From: a virus
Lineage: Duplodnaviria; Caudoviricetes
Direction: 5' to 3' (one strand)
Length of the DNA stretch: 64,000 bases
IMG/VR virus record: IMGVR_UViG_3300034071_001431
Coordinates: 50,035 to 114,034 of that record
The notes under the pieces are model-generated. The model was not told the DNA's origin and did no database searches. It saw nothing but the letters and a program-made list of their open reading frames with translations. This document shows positions 1 through 8,130 of this stretch, piece by piece. Both the position numbers and the translations under genes were made by a program. Numbering within the stretch: the first letter of the stretch is position 1; each line of letters opens with the position of its first letter.

Positions 1-641
1 TTAAATGTTAAATCATCACTATCAAAGTTAGTATATCCAATTAATTTATGCAACCATGTTTTATGTGCTAATACAGTAATGTAACTAATTGCAGTAAAGC
101 CGTAGATAACAGGAATAAAGTAAAAATAGCATAATAATTTAATATCAATTAATGCCAATACCACAATGTACGCTATTACAATTTTAAAATAGTACTTGTG
201 GAAAAACTTATGCAACGGGTCAACAGTTAAGTCCTTTACTGTACGTGGGCTTATGTGGTATGTTGGAAAATAATAGAACCAAAGTTTAATTGACCTCCAT
301 GCACTTTCGTTAATATTCGGACTATGCGGGTCTTCGGGCTTGTCAGAAAATTTGTGATGTTTACGATGAGTTGCGGCCCAACTAATATTACTACCAAGAC
401 TTAATATAGTACTACAAAATAGCATAAAGCCTTTAATAGCATCATTCTTTGTTTCAAAACTTCTATGACTACTATATTTGTGCAACCCACAACTTGCACC
501 AAGTAAAAATATCAACCAAGAAAATATTAGACTAGGAACTAGCCAGTGCCAATCGAACTGCCATAGCAGTGTGTAAACAAACCCTCCATATGCAAATGCT
601 TGTAAAAGTTTTGCTTTGGCATCTAAACTAAGTTTAATCAT
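1..641 (-). CDS. Membrane fatty-acid (delta-9-type) desaturase, 3' end outside window
   Basis: Manual translation from ATG at 641: MIKLSLDAKAKLLQAF...GLHKYSSHRSF...WAATHRKHHKFSDKPEDPHSP; His boxes HxxxxH and HxxHH plus hydrophobic segments. Not in the ORF track because it is truncated. Confidence 0.85.
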   Translation of the reverse strand, partial: MIKLSLDAKAKLLQAFAYGGFVYTLLWQFDWHWLVPSLIFSWLIFLLGASCGLHKYSSHRSFETKNDAIKGFMLFCSTILSLGSNISWAATHRKHHKFSDKPEDPHSPNINESAWRSIKLWFYYFPTYHISPRTVKDLTVDPLHKFFHKYYFKIVIAYIVVLALIDIKLLCYFYFIPVIYGFTAISYITVLAHKTWLHKLIGYTNFDSDDLTF

Positions 642-658
642 ACTATCCCCTATGCTGT

Positions 659-666
659 TATTTATA
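659..666 (-). promoter_or_regulatory. T4-like late promoter TATAAATA upstream of the desaturase
   Basis: Plus strand tatttata reads TATAAATA on minus, about 18 nt before the ATG. Confidence 0.55.
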
Positions 667-685
667 ATACAGGTTGTGTGGCCAT

Positions 686-712
686 AAAAAAAGGCACCGA
701 AGTGCCTTTTTA
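686..712 (-). terminator. Intrinsic terminator
   Basis: AAGGCAC-cgaa-GTGCCTT hairpin flanked by A/T runs. Confidence 0.85.
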
Positions 713-722
713 TTAGTTCAAA

Positions 723-1307
723 TTAGAACTTAACCAAATAACCTAGGTTGTAACCAATAAACTCGCTAGCGCCATAACTACGATCCACGCCCAATGTCAA
801 AGTTTGATTTTTTGCTAAAGTATAATCTGCACCTAAACGCACAGTATCAGTCTGTTCATTATATGAATTATTAAAGCTATCACGGAAACGGTATCCAGCT
901 CTAACTACAAATCCATTTGCCAAATCTAATTTAGCACCAGGTTCTATGCTGTAATAAGAATAGTCACTGTTAGTGGTAAATTTATAACCCAAACCGCCAC
1001 GAGTATATAATGAAATACCGTTAGTTAAACCATAAGCGTAAGTAACTCCAGATTCTAATCTAGTGCTGCTTACTCCGTCATTATTGTTTAATTTTTCTGT
1101 ACGAAATTGCTCACCTAAATCGATAGTTAAATTATCAGATAACTTGCGACCAACTGTAAAGTTTACACCTTGACGATTTGTATCTTGGCTGTCGCTGGCT
1201 ACGGTATCACGGAATGTATATTGTAAATGTACAAAGTTTTTGTTATCTTCTGCAAATGCTTGTGTTGCTGATACTGCTAATAATAATGCTAATAAAATTT
1301 TACTCAT
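723..1307 (-). CDS. Outer-membrane beta-barrel (porin-like) protein
   Basis: Signal peptide ending AQAFA-like, alternating amphipathic strands, C-terminal YxxxF (BAM-type signal). Confidence 0.75.
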   Translation of the reverse strand: MSKILLALLLAVSATQAFAEDNKNFVHLQYTFRDTVASDSQDTNRQGVNFTVGRKLSDNLTIDLGEQFRTEKLNNNDGVSSTRLESGVTYAYGLTNGISLYTRGGLGYKFTTNSDYSYYSIEPGAKLDLANGFVVRAGYRFRDSFNNSYNEQTDTVRLGADYTLAKNQTLTLGVDRSYGASEFIGYNLGYLVKF

Positions 1308-1353
1308 TGATAATACTCCTTAATTGATACACTATGACTTATAGTATTTGTAT

Positions 1354-1382
1354 AGTGTATATGTATTTATCAGTGGTGTCAA
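1354..1382 (-). promoter_or_regulatory. sigma70 promoter TTGACA-17-TACACT with ATAAATA late motif in the spacer
   Basis: Read directly from the minus strand. Confidence 0.6.
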
Positions 1383-1416
1383 CCTTTTTGTTGTTTTTTG
1401 ATACTAGGTGTTGTTT

Positions 1417-1635
1417 TTATGCAACATCAATTAACTTTGCTTGTGTAACTCGCATCATTAATTCAGTTGTACCTACCTTAATGTGAATTGGACCATTGAA
1501 TGTTGCTTGCCGAAGAATAGTTAGCGTTGAGCCAACTTTAATACCGAGTGCATTAATTCGACGAGAAAGTTCCTCGTCGAATGATAATGCTAATACCTTA
1601 ACGCTTGCACCAACTTCTGCTTGGTCTAATGTCAT
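1417..1635 (-). CDS. feoA: FeoA family protein (ferrous iron transport, SH3-like)
   Basis: RRINALGIKVGSTLTILRQATFNGPIHIKVGTTELMMR fits the FeoA pattern; 72 aa. Confidence 0.85.
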   Translation of the reverse strand: MTLDQAEVGASVKVLALSFDEELSRRINALGIKVGSTLTILRQATFNGPIHIKVGTTELMMRVTQAKLIDVA

Positions 1636-2528
1636 ACATCAACATATTTCAATGCAAAGCCAGTTGCTTGCGTTTCGTATCCAATGTAACCGCGTGGATT
1701 ACAAACAATACGTGTTTCACCAATGACATAATCATACGGGTCATGTGTATGACCGTGTACCCATAGCTTAATCTGTGGACGATACGCTATGAAGTCGCCA
1801 AGCTCTGTATAGAACCCACCGTTCATAATCCTATCCCCACGGAATCTATCATGACAGCTTTGCATGCTTGGTGCGTGATGACCTACAACTACGTATTTCT
1901 TAGTAGGATCATTTGCAGTAACATGATTAACATAATCAATTGCTTGCTTGTGATCATTCATTGCATCAGTTGGGGTAAACTTGCTTGCTTCTTCCTTAAA
2001 CTTGTATCCAATAACAGTACGTACAGCATTAAAGTCAATACCATCGTCATACAATGGCACTTTACGTTGCACCATGTTGTTACCGTTATCAATGCACCTA
2101 AAGTCATTCATAGCATTTTTAATACCTGCTAGTGTAAGTGGGTCACCGCCGTTCATATCAGTCCAAATAGTAGCACCAATAAATGTAATGTCACCAAGTT
2201 CCAATGTTTCTTTTTCAAGTATATGAATGTTTTCGAACTCTGCTAACGCACGTTTAAGAATGCCGTTTGTGTACTTAACATCACCATCATAGTGTTCGTG
2301 ATTGCCCACTACGTAAATTACTTTAGGGAACGCTTTGCTTACTTGCGCAAAGAATTCCATATAACGATCAGCACGTTTACGATTGCTGTACATGTTCTTG
2401 TCTGCTAGTTCAATGTCACGAGCAACACAAATATCGCCAGCTAAGATTAGCACGTCAGCATTTTGGTCATTGGTTAATTCAATGCTACCAAACTCCAAAT
2501 GTATATCTGATGCTATTGCTAAACGCAT
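1632..2528 (-). CDS. Calcineurin-like metallophosphoesterase
   Basis: SDIHLE, LAGDI, GNHE, HHAP and HGHTH motifs. Confidence 0.9.
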   Translation of the reverse strand: MRLAIASDIHLEFGSIELTNDQNADVLILAGDICVARDIELADKNMYSNRKRADRYMEFFAQVSKAFPKVIYVVGNHEHYDGDVKYTNGILKRALAEFENIHILEKETLELGDITFIGATIWTDMNGGDPLTLAGIKNAMNDFRCIDNGNNMVQRKVPLYDDGIDFNAVRTVIGYKFKEEASKFTPTDAMNDHKQAIDYVNHVTANDPTKKYVVVGHHAPSMQSCHDRFRGDRIMNGGFYTELGDFIAYRPQIKLWVHGHTHDPYDYVIGETRIVCNPRGYIGYETQATGFALKYVDV

Positions 2529-2551
2529 TGCGTTCTCCTTATTAATGTATT

Positions 2552-2580
2552 ATTATACTATGAAACGACTGGTTTGTCAA
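2552..2580 (-). promoter_or_regulatory. sigma70 promoter TTGACA-17-TATAAT
   Basis: Perfect consensus upstream of the metallophosphoesterase; AGGAG RBS follows. Confidence 0.85.
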
Positions 2581-2726
2581 TCGTTTATTTGAATTGTTTC
2601 TTTGATGACTTCGTATCCGTTGAGCTTGCTATCGGATACTGTCTTGTCTGCTTTTGCTTCGTTTGTGTACTTAAATGTGTTTGTTACTACACCATCTTCT
2701 TTAATTGTTACTACGTACAATATCAT
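2577..2726 (-). CDS. Small hypothetical protein (49 aa)
   Basis: Manual ORF MILYVVTIKEDGVVTN...; GGGGA RBS; fills the gap between genes. Confidence 0.5.
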   Translation of the reverse strand: MILYVVTIKEDGVVTNTFKYTNEAKADKTVSDSKLNGYEVIKETIQIND

Positions 2727-2772
2727 AAAACTGTCCCCCAATGTATTATTTAACATTAGAGGACAGATTATT

Positions 2773-3243
2773 TTATGCCGCTAATACGTGATGTAACCGG
2801 TCGGCTGCGTAACTTGCAGCCCATGCGTTTGGTTTAACCATTGGAATAACATTGCAGGTACCGCGAATGTAACCAATTGCTTGTGTTACAACACAGCTTG
2901 AACCGTGTATTTCATTCGGGTTAATATCAAGATGGACAGCAACATCTCGCCCTTCTAATACTTCGTGTAGTTTTAAGTACAGTTCAGAAATTTTGTATAC
3001 TTCGTTCATTAAACGCATACTTGGGCGGTTGCGTTTTTGATCGTAATCTACTTCAGTTGAGCTTTCACCAAAGATTTTACAACCGTGTTTACCATCAATG
3101 TGAACTACAATCGCCATTGTGTATTCAGCATGCCATACACCATTCTTACGAAAGCGTGTACTATCGCCACCAATGTAGATTTTAGTTTCATCACTTTGTG
3201 CATTGATAAAATCACGTACTTCATCGAAATTCAGTTTTTTCAT
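2773..3243 (-). CDS. RNase H-like YkuK family protein
   Basis: IYIGGDS...RLMNEV...VHLDIN...AASYAAD pattern. Confidence 0.75.
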   Translation of the reverse strand: MKKLNFDEVRDFINAQSDETKIYIGGDSTRFRKNGVWHAEYTMAIVVHIDGKHGCKIFGESSTEVDYDQKRNRPSMRLMNEVYKISELYLKLHEVLEGRDVAVHLDINPNEIHGSSCVVTQAIGYIRGTCNVIPMVKPNAWAASYAADRLHHVLAA

Positions 3244-3253
3244 ATCCTACCCT

Positions 3254-4018
3254 TTATTCTTTTGTTATTTTAGCTAATTTAAAAAATTCTAATAATTTTA
3301 GTACACCCCAACCAAGATCAACTTCCCACCATTTCATTGATAATTTAGGAGATGAAGGTCTAGCATGATGATTTGCATGTAACTCTTCCCCTCCTTGAAA
3401 AATTGCCAATGGCCACATATTAAGAGCGCGGCAACGAGGGTCATACCCTTCATTAACATATCCTATGCCGCGATGGGTTGCATACAGCGATAACACCGTA
3501 CCTATAAATGCGTGATATAATATAAAAATTGCAGGAATAATGCCCGCAATACCAAACAATACAAATATAATACTCAGTGAAATTCTATTTCCAAGATATG
3601 GCCAACGTCGACATATATTAATATCTACCCAATTAGTGGGATCGGTTACGTCATCTGCATATTTTTTGATATCAGCAGGGCTAGTAAAAGTAGACGGGCC
3701 ACCATAATCGGTTAATTGTTTTATTGAATAAAAGTACGGACTGTGTGGGTCATCTTTTGTATCGGCATATTGGTGATGTTTTCTGTGTCTAGTTACACTA
3801 CGTTTCATCCAGCCCGGTGATATCATTTGCCATGTCGTTAACCATAATATAAGACTAGTTAATTGAACGATAACCGGATGTAGCACTGCCATTTGATGGG
3901 CTTGTACTCTATGCATGTATATTGAGTAAGTTAATCCTTGCAATTGAATTATAATAAATGCCAATACAACCGCTCCGTGCCAGCCCGATGTGCCAACTAC
4001 TCCGAAAATATATGTCAT
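3254..4018 (-). CDS. Membrane fatty-acid desaturase (second copy)
   Basis: HRVQAH, HRKHH..DDPHSP and ELHANHH His boxes; WWEVDLGW tail. Confidence 0.9.
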   Translation of the reverse strand: MTYIFGVVGTSGWHGAVVLAFIIIQLQGLTYSIYMHRVQAHQMAVLHPVIVQLTSLILWLTTWQMISPGWMKRSVTRHRKHHQYADTKDDPHSPYFYSIKQLTDYGGPSTFTSPADIKKYADDVTDPTNWVDINICRRWPYLGNRISLSIIFVLFGIAGIIPAIFILYHAFIGTVLSLYATHRGIGYVNEGYDPRCRALNMWPLAIFQGGEELHANHHARPSSPKLSMKWWEVDLGWGVLKLLEFFKLAKITKE

Positions 4019-4050
4019 ATATTACCCTTTATTGTATTTACTATTAGTAT

Positions 4051-4126
4051 TGGTGCAACCTGTAGGAATCGAACCTACTTCAACGGTTCTTCAAACCGCC
4101 GCTATGACCACATCAGCTAAAGTTGC
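4051..4126 (-). tRNA. tRNA-Phe(GAA)
   Basis: Cloverleaf; anticodon loop TTGAAGA; GGTTCGATT; ends CCA. Confidence 0.9.
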
Positions 4127-4127
4127 T

Positions 4128-4319
4128 TTAATCTATTACTAGGTTTTGTTCGAGTACTTGCTTGACTTTGTGTGCCTCTGCAATAAGCTCAGCAATCTTT
4201 TCATCAATGTTAGCATACGTTACGTCACGTACATCAATGCTAACAGTAAACTTAGTATCTAAACAAAGTTCCTTGTTAGCATTTTTGGATATTTTACCCG
4301 AAGGTGATAACTTAATCAT
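4128..4319 (-). CDS. Hypothetical protein
   Basis: ORF with AGGAG RBS. Confidence 0.6.
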   Translation of the reverse strand: MIKLSPSGKISKNANKELCLDTKFTVSIDVRDVTYANIDEKIAELIAEAHKVKQVLEQNLVID

Positions 4320-4330
4320 ATACTACTCCT

Positions 4331-4825
4331 TTACATATTGCTTTTAGTTAAGTGATGTCTATAATCATCACGCCAATTGTGTTGCTCGTCTGGGTTATGT
4401 GTTAACCCTAACAGCTTCATTAGTTTGTGTTTAACACGTAGGTTAGGACTACGAAACTTTTCAGTATCTCTAAAGCCCATCATAACACCAATCTCTACTA
4501 CTGCACCGCTACGACATAAACCTGCATGACAGTGAACAACAATGTTTATATGCTCAGCTAACGCACGTTGTAGCAACTGTAAAATTGCTTCTGCTTGCGC
4601 ATCGCTAATCAATGGCTCTTCACCGTACTCTGCAACATCGGTATCTTCTGCATCTAAAAACTTAAACTGATGCACTTCTTTAAATGCATGCTTTGGTGTT
4701 GGAAAAAGAGTAATAGGGTCAACGATTTGAATAAGCATAGAGTTAGCGCCAGCATCAAAGTGCTCGCCTACTTGTATGTCTTTCATACTAACGTTTTCAA
4801 TCCATGGTTTAATCATCATATTCAT
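4331..4825 (-). CDS. Protein-tyrosine/dual-specificity phosphatase-like protein
   Basis: HCHAGLCRS (HCX5R) active-site motif. Confidence 0.85.
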   Translation of the reverse strand: MNMMIKPWIENVSMKDIQVGEHFDAGANSMLIQIVDPITLFPTPKHAFKEVHQFKFLDAEDTDVAEYGEEPLISDAQAEAILQLLQRALAEHINIVVHCHAGLCRSGAVVEIGVMMGFRDTEKFRSPNLRVKHKLMKLLGLTHNPDEQHNWRDDYRHHLTKSNM

Positions 4826-5186
4826 CCTTATAATACTCGGGGTGTTTAGCTCTTACAATAAGATGTGTGCCCATTGCACTTCCACTGCTAAACTGTGCTC
4901 CTACCTTAAACTTTCTTCCGTTAAGTGTAAATGGTATTAATACACTATCGCCATTCCACCAACTACGCTGTATACTAATATATCCATCTGCACCTAACTG
5001 CTCGCGCAACTTAGCAAACTCTGGGTGGTCAGCCGAACTCGTAGTCGAACATTCGCCCTTACCTTGTATAATTAAAATAAGTTCTTCTGCTGTGGGTACA
5101 CGACCATTGCGTGTATACGTGTTCCACTCATCACGAATAGTTACACTTGTTAAGTATTCTGGGTCGATTGTAAAGTCCACTACCAT
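4809..5186 (-). CDS. Hypothetical protein
   Basis: ORF overlapping neighbours in an operon-like way. Confidence 0.65.
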   Translation of the reverse strand: MVVDFTIDPEYLTSVTIRDEWNTYTRNGRVPTAEELILIIQGKGECSTTSSADHPEFAKLREQLGADGYISIQRSWWNGDSVLIPFTLNGRKFKVGAQFSSGSAMGTHLIVRAKHPEYYKDEYDD

Positions 5187-5440
5187 ACCTCACTTTTTAA
5201 TATCTGTAGCATTACTTCTTGCTGTTCTTCTTCGGTTAGCTTTGCTAACTCAGGGCGATCTCTATGCTTATACCAAATCATATTACCATCAACAGTTAGT
5301 GTAACTATAGTATGTGCCTTGTAGACAAGTTGTCCGGGTAGTTGTGTACCGCGATATACCACATACTGCCCGACGGTTCTACTACTGAACGCACGGTTCA
5401 TATCTGCACCAAGTGGCCCCATGTCGCAATAGTATGTCAT
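5180..5440 (-). CDS. Hypothetical protein
   Basis: ORF with ATGA-type overlap. Confidence 0.6.
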   Translation of the reverse strand: MTYYCDMGPLGADMNRAFSSRTVGQYVVYRGTQLPGQLVYKAHTIVTLTVDGNMIWYKHRDRPELAKLTEEEQQEVMLQILKSEVW

Positions 5441-5601
5441 CGTTTCTTTCTAATGTTTCTATTGTACACTTCACCGTTTGGAAGTTTACCATCTATTACG
5501 CCAGCAACTCCCATCTTTCCTACAATGATAAGTTCTTCTGGCTTAATAGTTTGTAGTGCTTCTTTATCTTTAATCCATTGCGGTTTTAATTTAGAAGTCA
5601 T
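5437..5601 (-). CDS. Hypothetical protein (start trimmed to MTSKLKPQW)
   Basis: Trimmed start gives a short overlap with the upstream gene. Confidence 0.55.
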   Translation of the reverse strand: MTSKLKPQWIKDKEALQTIKPEELIIVGKMGVAGVIDGKLPNGEVYNRNIRKKR

Positions 5602-5953
5602 ATACTTTTGGTTTTCCATCTGTGTGTAAATAATGCCACAACACTTTCTTATCGAAGTCTGCTCGTATAGTCGGGTCACTGCACCATTTTTTAACTATGT
5701 CAGCATTACCATAACTATTGTGTGGTGCATGATGTACAATCCATTTGGCAATATTTGCCATTGATGGACTGTTTGCATGATCTGCTTTAAATGCCGCAGT
5801 AAACAGATCACCCTCGAGCATAGCAGTTAAAAAACTACCCGGCTCCATACCATGTACAAAGTATCGTACCAATGCTTCGTGGGCAGGTTTCGGAATACTA
5901 TACGTTGTCTGCCAGTCATTGTATTCTAACCAATCTAATTCACTGTGTGCCAT
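5591..5953 (-). CDS. Hypothetical protein (start trimmed to MAHSELDW)
   Basis: PGSFLTAMLEGDLF..A..AD motif; start abuts the upstream stop. Confidence 0.65.
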   Translation of the reverse strand: MAHSELDWLEYNDWQTTYSIPKPAHEALVRYFVHGMEPGSFLTAMLEGDLFTAAFKADHANSPSMANIAKWIVHHAPHNSYGNADIVKKWCSDPTIRADFDKKVLWHYLHTDGKPKVYDF

Positions 5954-5954
5954 G

Positions 5955-6353
5955 TTACTGCTCTCTTTTAAAAGAAACTTCCTCTGAATAGTAACCGTTG
6001 CTTGAACCATACCATCTGATGTCAACGTACCCTTTGCGAGTTGCTAATTTATAAAATGTCCATGTGTGTGACCCGTATTCATCTTCTTCTACTTCACCTG
6101 CAGATTTAATCAAGTCAAATAAGTTTTGTGCTTCTTCTGCCATTAAGATTTCTTCGCCAACTAAGTCAGCTAAGTCACCAACGATAGATTCGATTGATAC
6201 TGATTCACAACAAGATTGTTCGTGATACAAAGTGTATACTTCGCCGTCTGTAGTCACAAACTTCATTTCATCGTTGTATTCGTTGACTACTACGCTTGTC
6301 AACACTTTACCTTTTAATTCGTTAAATTCTACTTCTTTATAGTTGTAAGACAT
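5955..6353 (-). CDS. Conserved phage hypothetical protein
   Basis: HEQSCCESV...TWTFY...WYGSSNGYYS; AGGAGG RBS; own promoter. Confidence 0.75.
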   Translation of the reverse strand: MSYNYKEVEFNELKGKVLTSVVVNEYNDEMKFVTTDGEVYTLYHEQSCCESVSIESIVGDLADLVGEEILMAEEAQNLFDLIKSAGEVEEDEYGSHTWTFYKLATRKGYVDIRWYGSSNGYYSEEVSFKREQ

Positions 6354-6379
6354 AATAGCCTCCTTTTTTAATTAAGTGT

Positions 6380-6408
6380 ATTATACATTCATATTGTTGT
6401 TTTGTCAA
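6380..6408 (-). promoter_or_regulatory. sigma70 promoter TTGACA-17-TATAAT (TG-extended)
   Basis: Perfect consensus. Confidence 0.85.
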
Positions 6409-6416
6409 TCGAAATT

Positions 6417-6490
6417 TGGAGCGGCTAGCGAGAATCGAACTCGCGATTAAACTTTGGCAAAGTTTTAGGTTTCCATTACATCATAGCCGC
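6417..6490 (-). tRNA. tRNA-Gly(GCC)
   Basis: AAACT-TTGCCAA-AGTTT arm; TCCA end. Confidence 0.9.
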
Positions 6491-6499
6491 ATTTTAATC

Positions 6500-6563
6500 T
6501 TACTGCTCAGTAACATTTGAACTGATTTAGCCGGTTTTGACGGCAAATGTTACTGAGCAGTAA
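6500..6563. repeat. Perfect 20-bp inverted repeat
   Basis: ttactgctcagtaacatttg (6500-6519) / caaatgttactgagcagtaa (6544-6563). Confidence 0.9.
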
Positions 6564-6572
6564 CATTTTATT

Positions 6573-6650
6573 TGGTGCGCCCGGAGGAAATCGAATCCCC
6601 AACCTCATGCTTCGTAGGCATGTGCTCTAATCCAATTGAGCTACGGTCGC
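6573..6650 (-). tRNA. tRNA-Arg(ACG)
   Basis: CATGC-CTACGAA-GCATG; CCA end. Confidence 0.9.
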
Positions 6651-6729
6651 ATTAAAACTACTATGCTAGTATTTTAGAAGTATTATAAGGATAGTTGCCT
6701 AAAATACTACTATACTAGCTTTTATGATT

Positions 6730-6799
6730 TGGAGCCCCCGAACGGTATCGAACCGCTTCTTTCGGCTTCGAAGGCCAAAGTCCGTCCATCGGCGGGGGC
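6730..6799 (-). tRNA. tRNA-Arg(TCG), atypical short D-arm
   Basis: TTGGC-CTTCGAA-GCCGA arm; acceptor GCCCCCG/CGGGGGC; only 70 nt. Confidence 0.7.
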
Positions 6800-6805
6800 A
6801 TTGTT

Positions 6806-6882
6806 TGGTAGAGATGGTAGGATTTGAACCTACGGTAGCTTGCGTATGAAGCAAGTGCATTAGGCCACTATGCTACATCTCT
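6806..6882 (-). tRNA. tRNA-Met(CAT), probably elongator
   Basis: CTTGC-TTCATAC-GCAAG; 1:72 paired; CCA. Confidence 0.8.
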
Positions 6883-6892
6883 ATATCGAAAG

Positions 6893-6969
6893 TGGAGTAT
6901 GTGACAGGAGTCGAACCTGCATAATACGGGGTTGCAATCCGCAGCTTATCCATTCAGCTACACACATAC
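6893..6969 (-). tRNA. tRNA-Cys(GCA)
   Basis: Loop TTGCAAC; U73 discriminator; CCA. Confidence 0.85.
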
Positions 6970-6975
6970 ATTGTT

Positions 6976-7051
6976 TGGCACCCCCTGATGGACTCGAACC
7001 ACCGAATGACAGGATCAAAACCTGTTGCCTTACCAGCTTGGCGAAGAGGGT
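6976..7051 (-). tRNA. tRNA-Gln(TTG)
   Basis: ACAGG-TTTTGAT-CCTGT; GCCA end. Confidence 0.9.
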
Positions 7052-7074
7052 ATAAGTGATATTTTTAGAATGAG

Positions 7075-7193
7075 TTGGGAGTTATCCTCCCCGGATGTCC
7101 GTAATCCTAAGTTCGAGGTTGCAACTCCTTAGGGGTCACTAGTAAATTCTAGCTATAGCAGGGTGCGCATTGTTAAGTGGCGAGCCCGGACAA
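7075..7193 (-). ncRNA. Unassigned structured RNA
   Basis: TGTCCG/CGGACA closing helix, internal CTAG/CTAG and CCTAAG/CTTAGG stems, 3' GGGAG/CTCCC hairpin; GC-rich, between tRNAs. Confidence 0.5.
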
Positions 7194-7202
7194 TTCTTTG
7201 TT

Positions 7203-7277
7203 TGGTCCGGCGTGAGGGAATCGAACCCCCAACTAGGGAGTAGAAATCCCCTGTTATGTCCATTTAACTAACACCGG
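7203..7277 (-). tRNA. tRNA-Arg(TCT)
   Basis: GGGGA-TTTCTAC-TCCCT; CCA. Confidence 0.85.
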
Positions 7278-7283
7278 AATTAC

Positions 7284-7373
7284 TGGCGGAGAGTCAGGGA
7301 GTCGAACCCTGTCAACCGTATAAAGGGTTGTACACCTTAGCAGGGTGGTGCCTTACCGTCCGGCCCACTCTCC
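7284..7373 (-). tRNA. tRNA-Ser(GCT)
   Basis: Loop CTGCTAA; long variable arm; GCCA. Confidence 0.9.
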
Positions 7374-7383
7374 AAATGCTATA

Positions 7384-7794
7384 TTACATTGTTACTTTAG
7401 GTTTTGCTTGTTTTTTATTATTTTTAAGTATGCCATATACAGCACCGCATAACCATTGCCCTTGTGCATCATACATCTTGTCACCGCTAATGTCCCAAAA
7501 GTATGTATTGGATTCACCGCTTGGATAAGCATTAATTAATGTGCCACGTTGCTTTAATAAGCATTCTTCAACATCAATAGCAGATACAAATACAAGGTCG
7601 GTGTTTACATATTGCATATTGACAAATATACCTGTACTTTTTTTAGTACCTTTTTTGTATTCTTTAACCTTTACTGATTCAACATCAGCAATTAAACGTA
7701 CTCCATCACCCGAATCAGTTACCACTGCCCAATTTTCAGCGTGTGCTGTGATTGTAAACAAAAGTGCTAACGATAATACTACAGTGCGTAACAT
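7384..7794 (-). CDS. Secreted/periplasmic hypothetical protein
   Basis: Signal peptide ending AHA; two Cys; AGGA RBS; located inside the tRNA array. Confidence 0.7.
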   Translation of the reverse strand: MLRTVVLSLALLFTITAHAENWAVVTDSGDGVRLIADVESVKVKEYKKGTKKSTGIFVNMQYVNTDLVFVSAIDVEECLLKQRGTLINAYPSGESNTYFWDISGDKMYDAQGQWLCGAVYGILKNNKKQAKPKVTM

Positions 7795-7812
7795 ATTATT
7801 CCTTAATAAAAT

Positions 7813-7902
7813 TGGCGGAAGCGGTGAGATTCGAACTCACGGAGCATTTCTGCTCGGCAGTTTTCAAGACTGCAGCCATAAACCAGACTCGACCACACTT
7901 CC
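7813..7902 (-). tRNA. tRNA-Ser(TGA)
   Basis: GCAGT-CTTGAAA-ACTGC; long variable arm. Confidence 0.92.
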
Positions 7903-7924
7903 ATTTAAAATTTATTATAGCAAG

Positions 7925-8037
7925 TCACCGCCTTATTCGTCAACCGAAGTTGTGATCTTTTCCTTGCCTGACAGCTTTTTCAACTAGGGTTTTTCAATAC
8001 TACCTGGATGCTGTTTACCCCAAACACGTAGCGGTAC
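7925..8037 (-). ncRNA. Unassigned structured RNA
   Basis: TACCGC/GCGGTG closing helix, ACAGC/GCTGT stem, CAAC-TTCG-GTTG tetraloop. Confidence 0.45.
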
Positions 8038-8047
8038 AAAGATTCTT

Positions 8048-8122
8048 TGGTGCATCGAGAAGGTAACGATCCTTCCGCCTATCGCTTATCAAGCGAGTGC
8101 TCTACCTCTGAGCTACCGATGC
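8048..8122 (-). tRNA. tRNA-Ile(GAT)
   Basis: Loop TTGATAA; atypical T-loop ATCGTTA; CCA. Confidence 0.88.
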
Positions 8123-8130
8123 ATATAAAA

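Noticed and set aside
1308-1416. Fur box near feoA/porin
   Set aside because: No match to GATAATGATAATCATTATC; the inverted repeat present is unrelated.
7203-7277. Possible amber suppressor tRNA (CTA in the loop) or stop-codon recoding
   Set aside because: With the 5-bp stem the loop is TTTCTAC, so the anticodon is TCT (Arg). Core genes are intact in the standard code, and TAG/TGA end genes normally.
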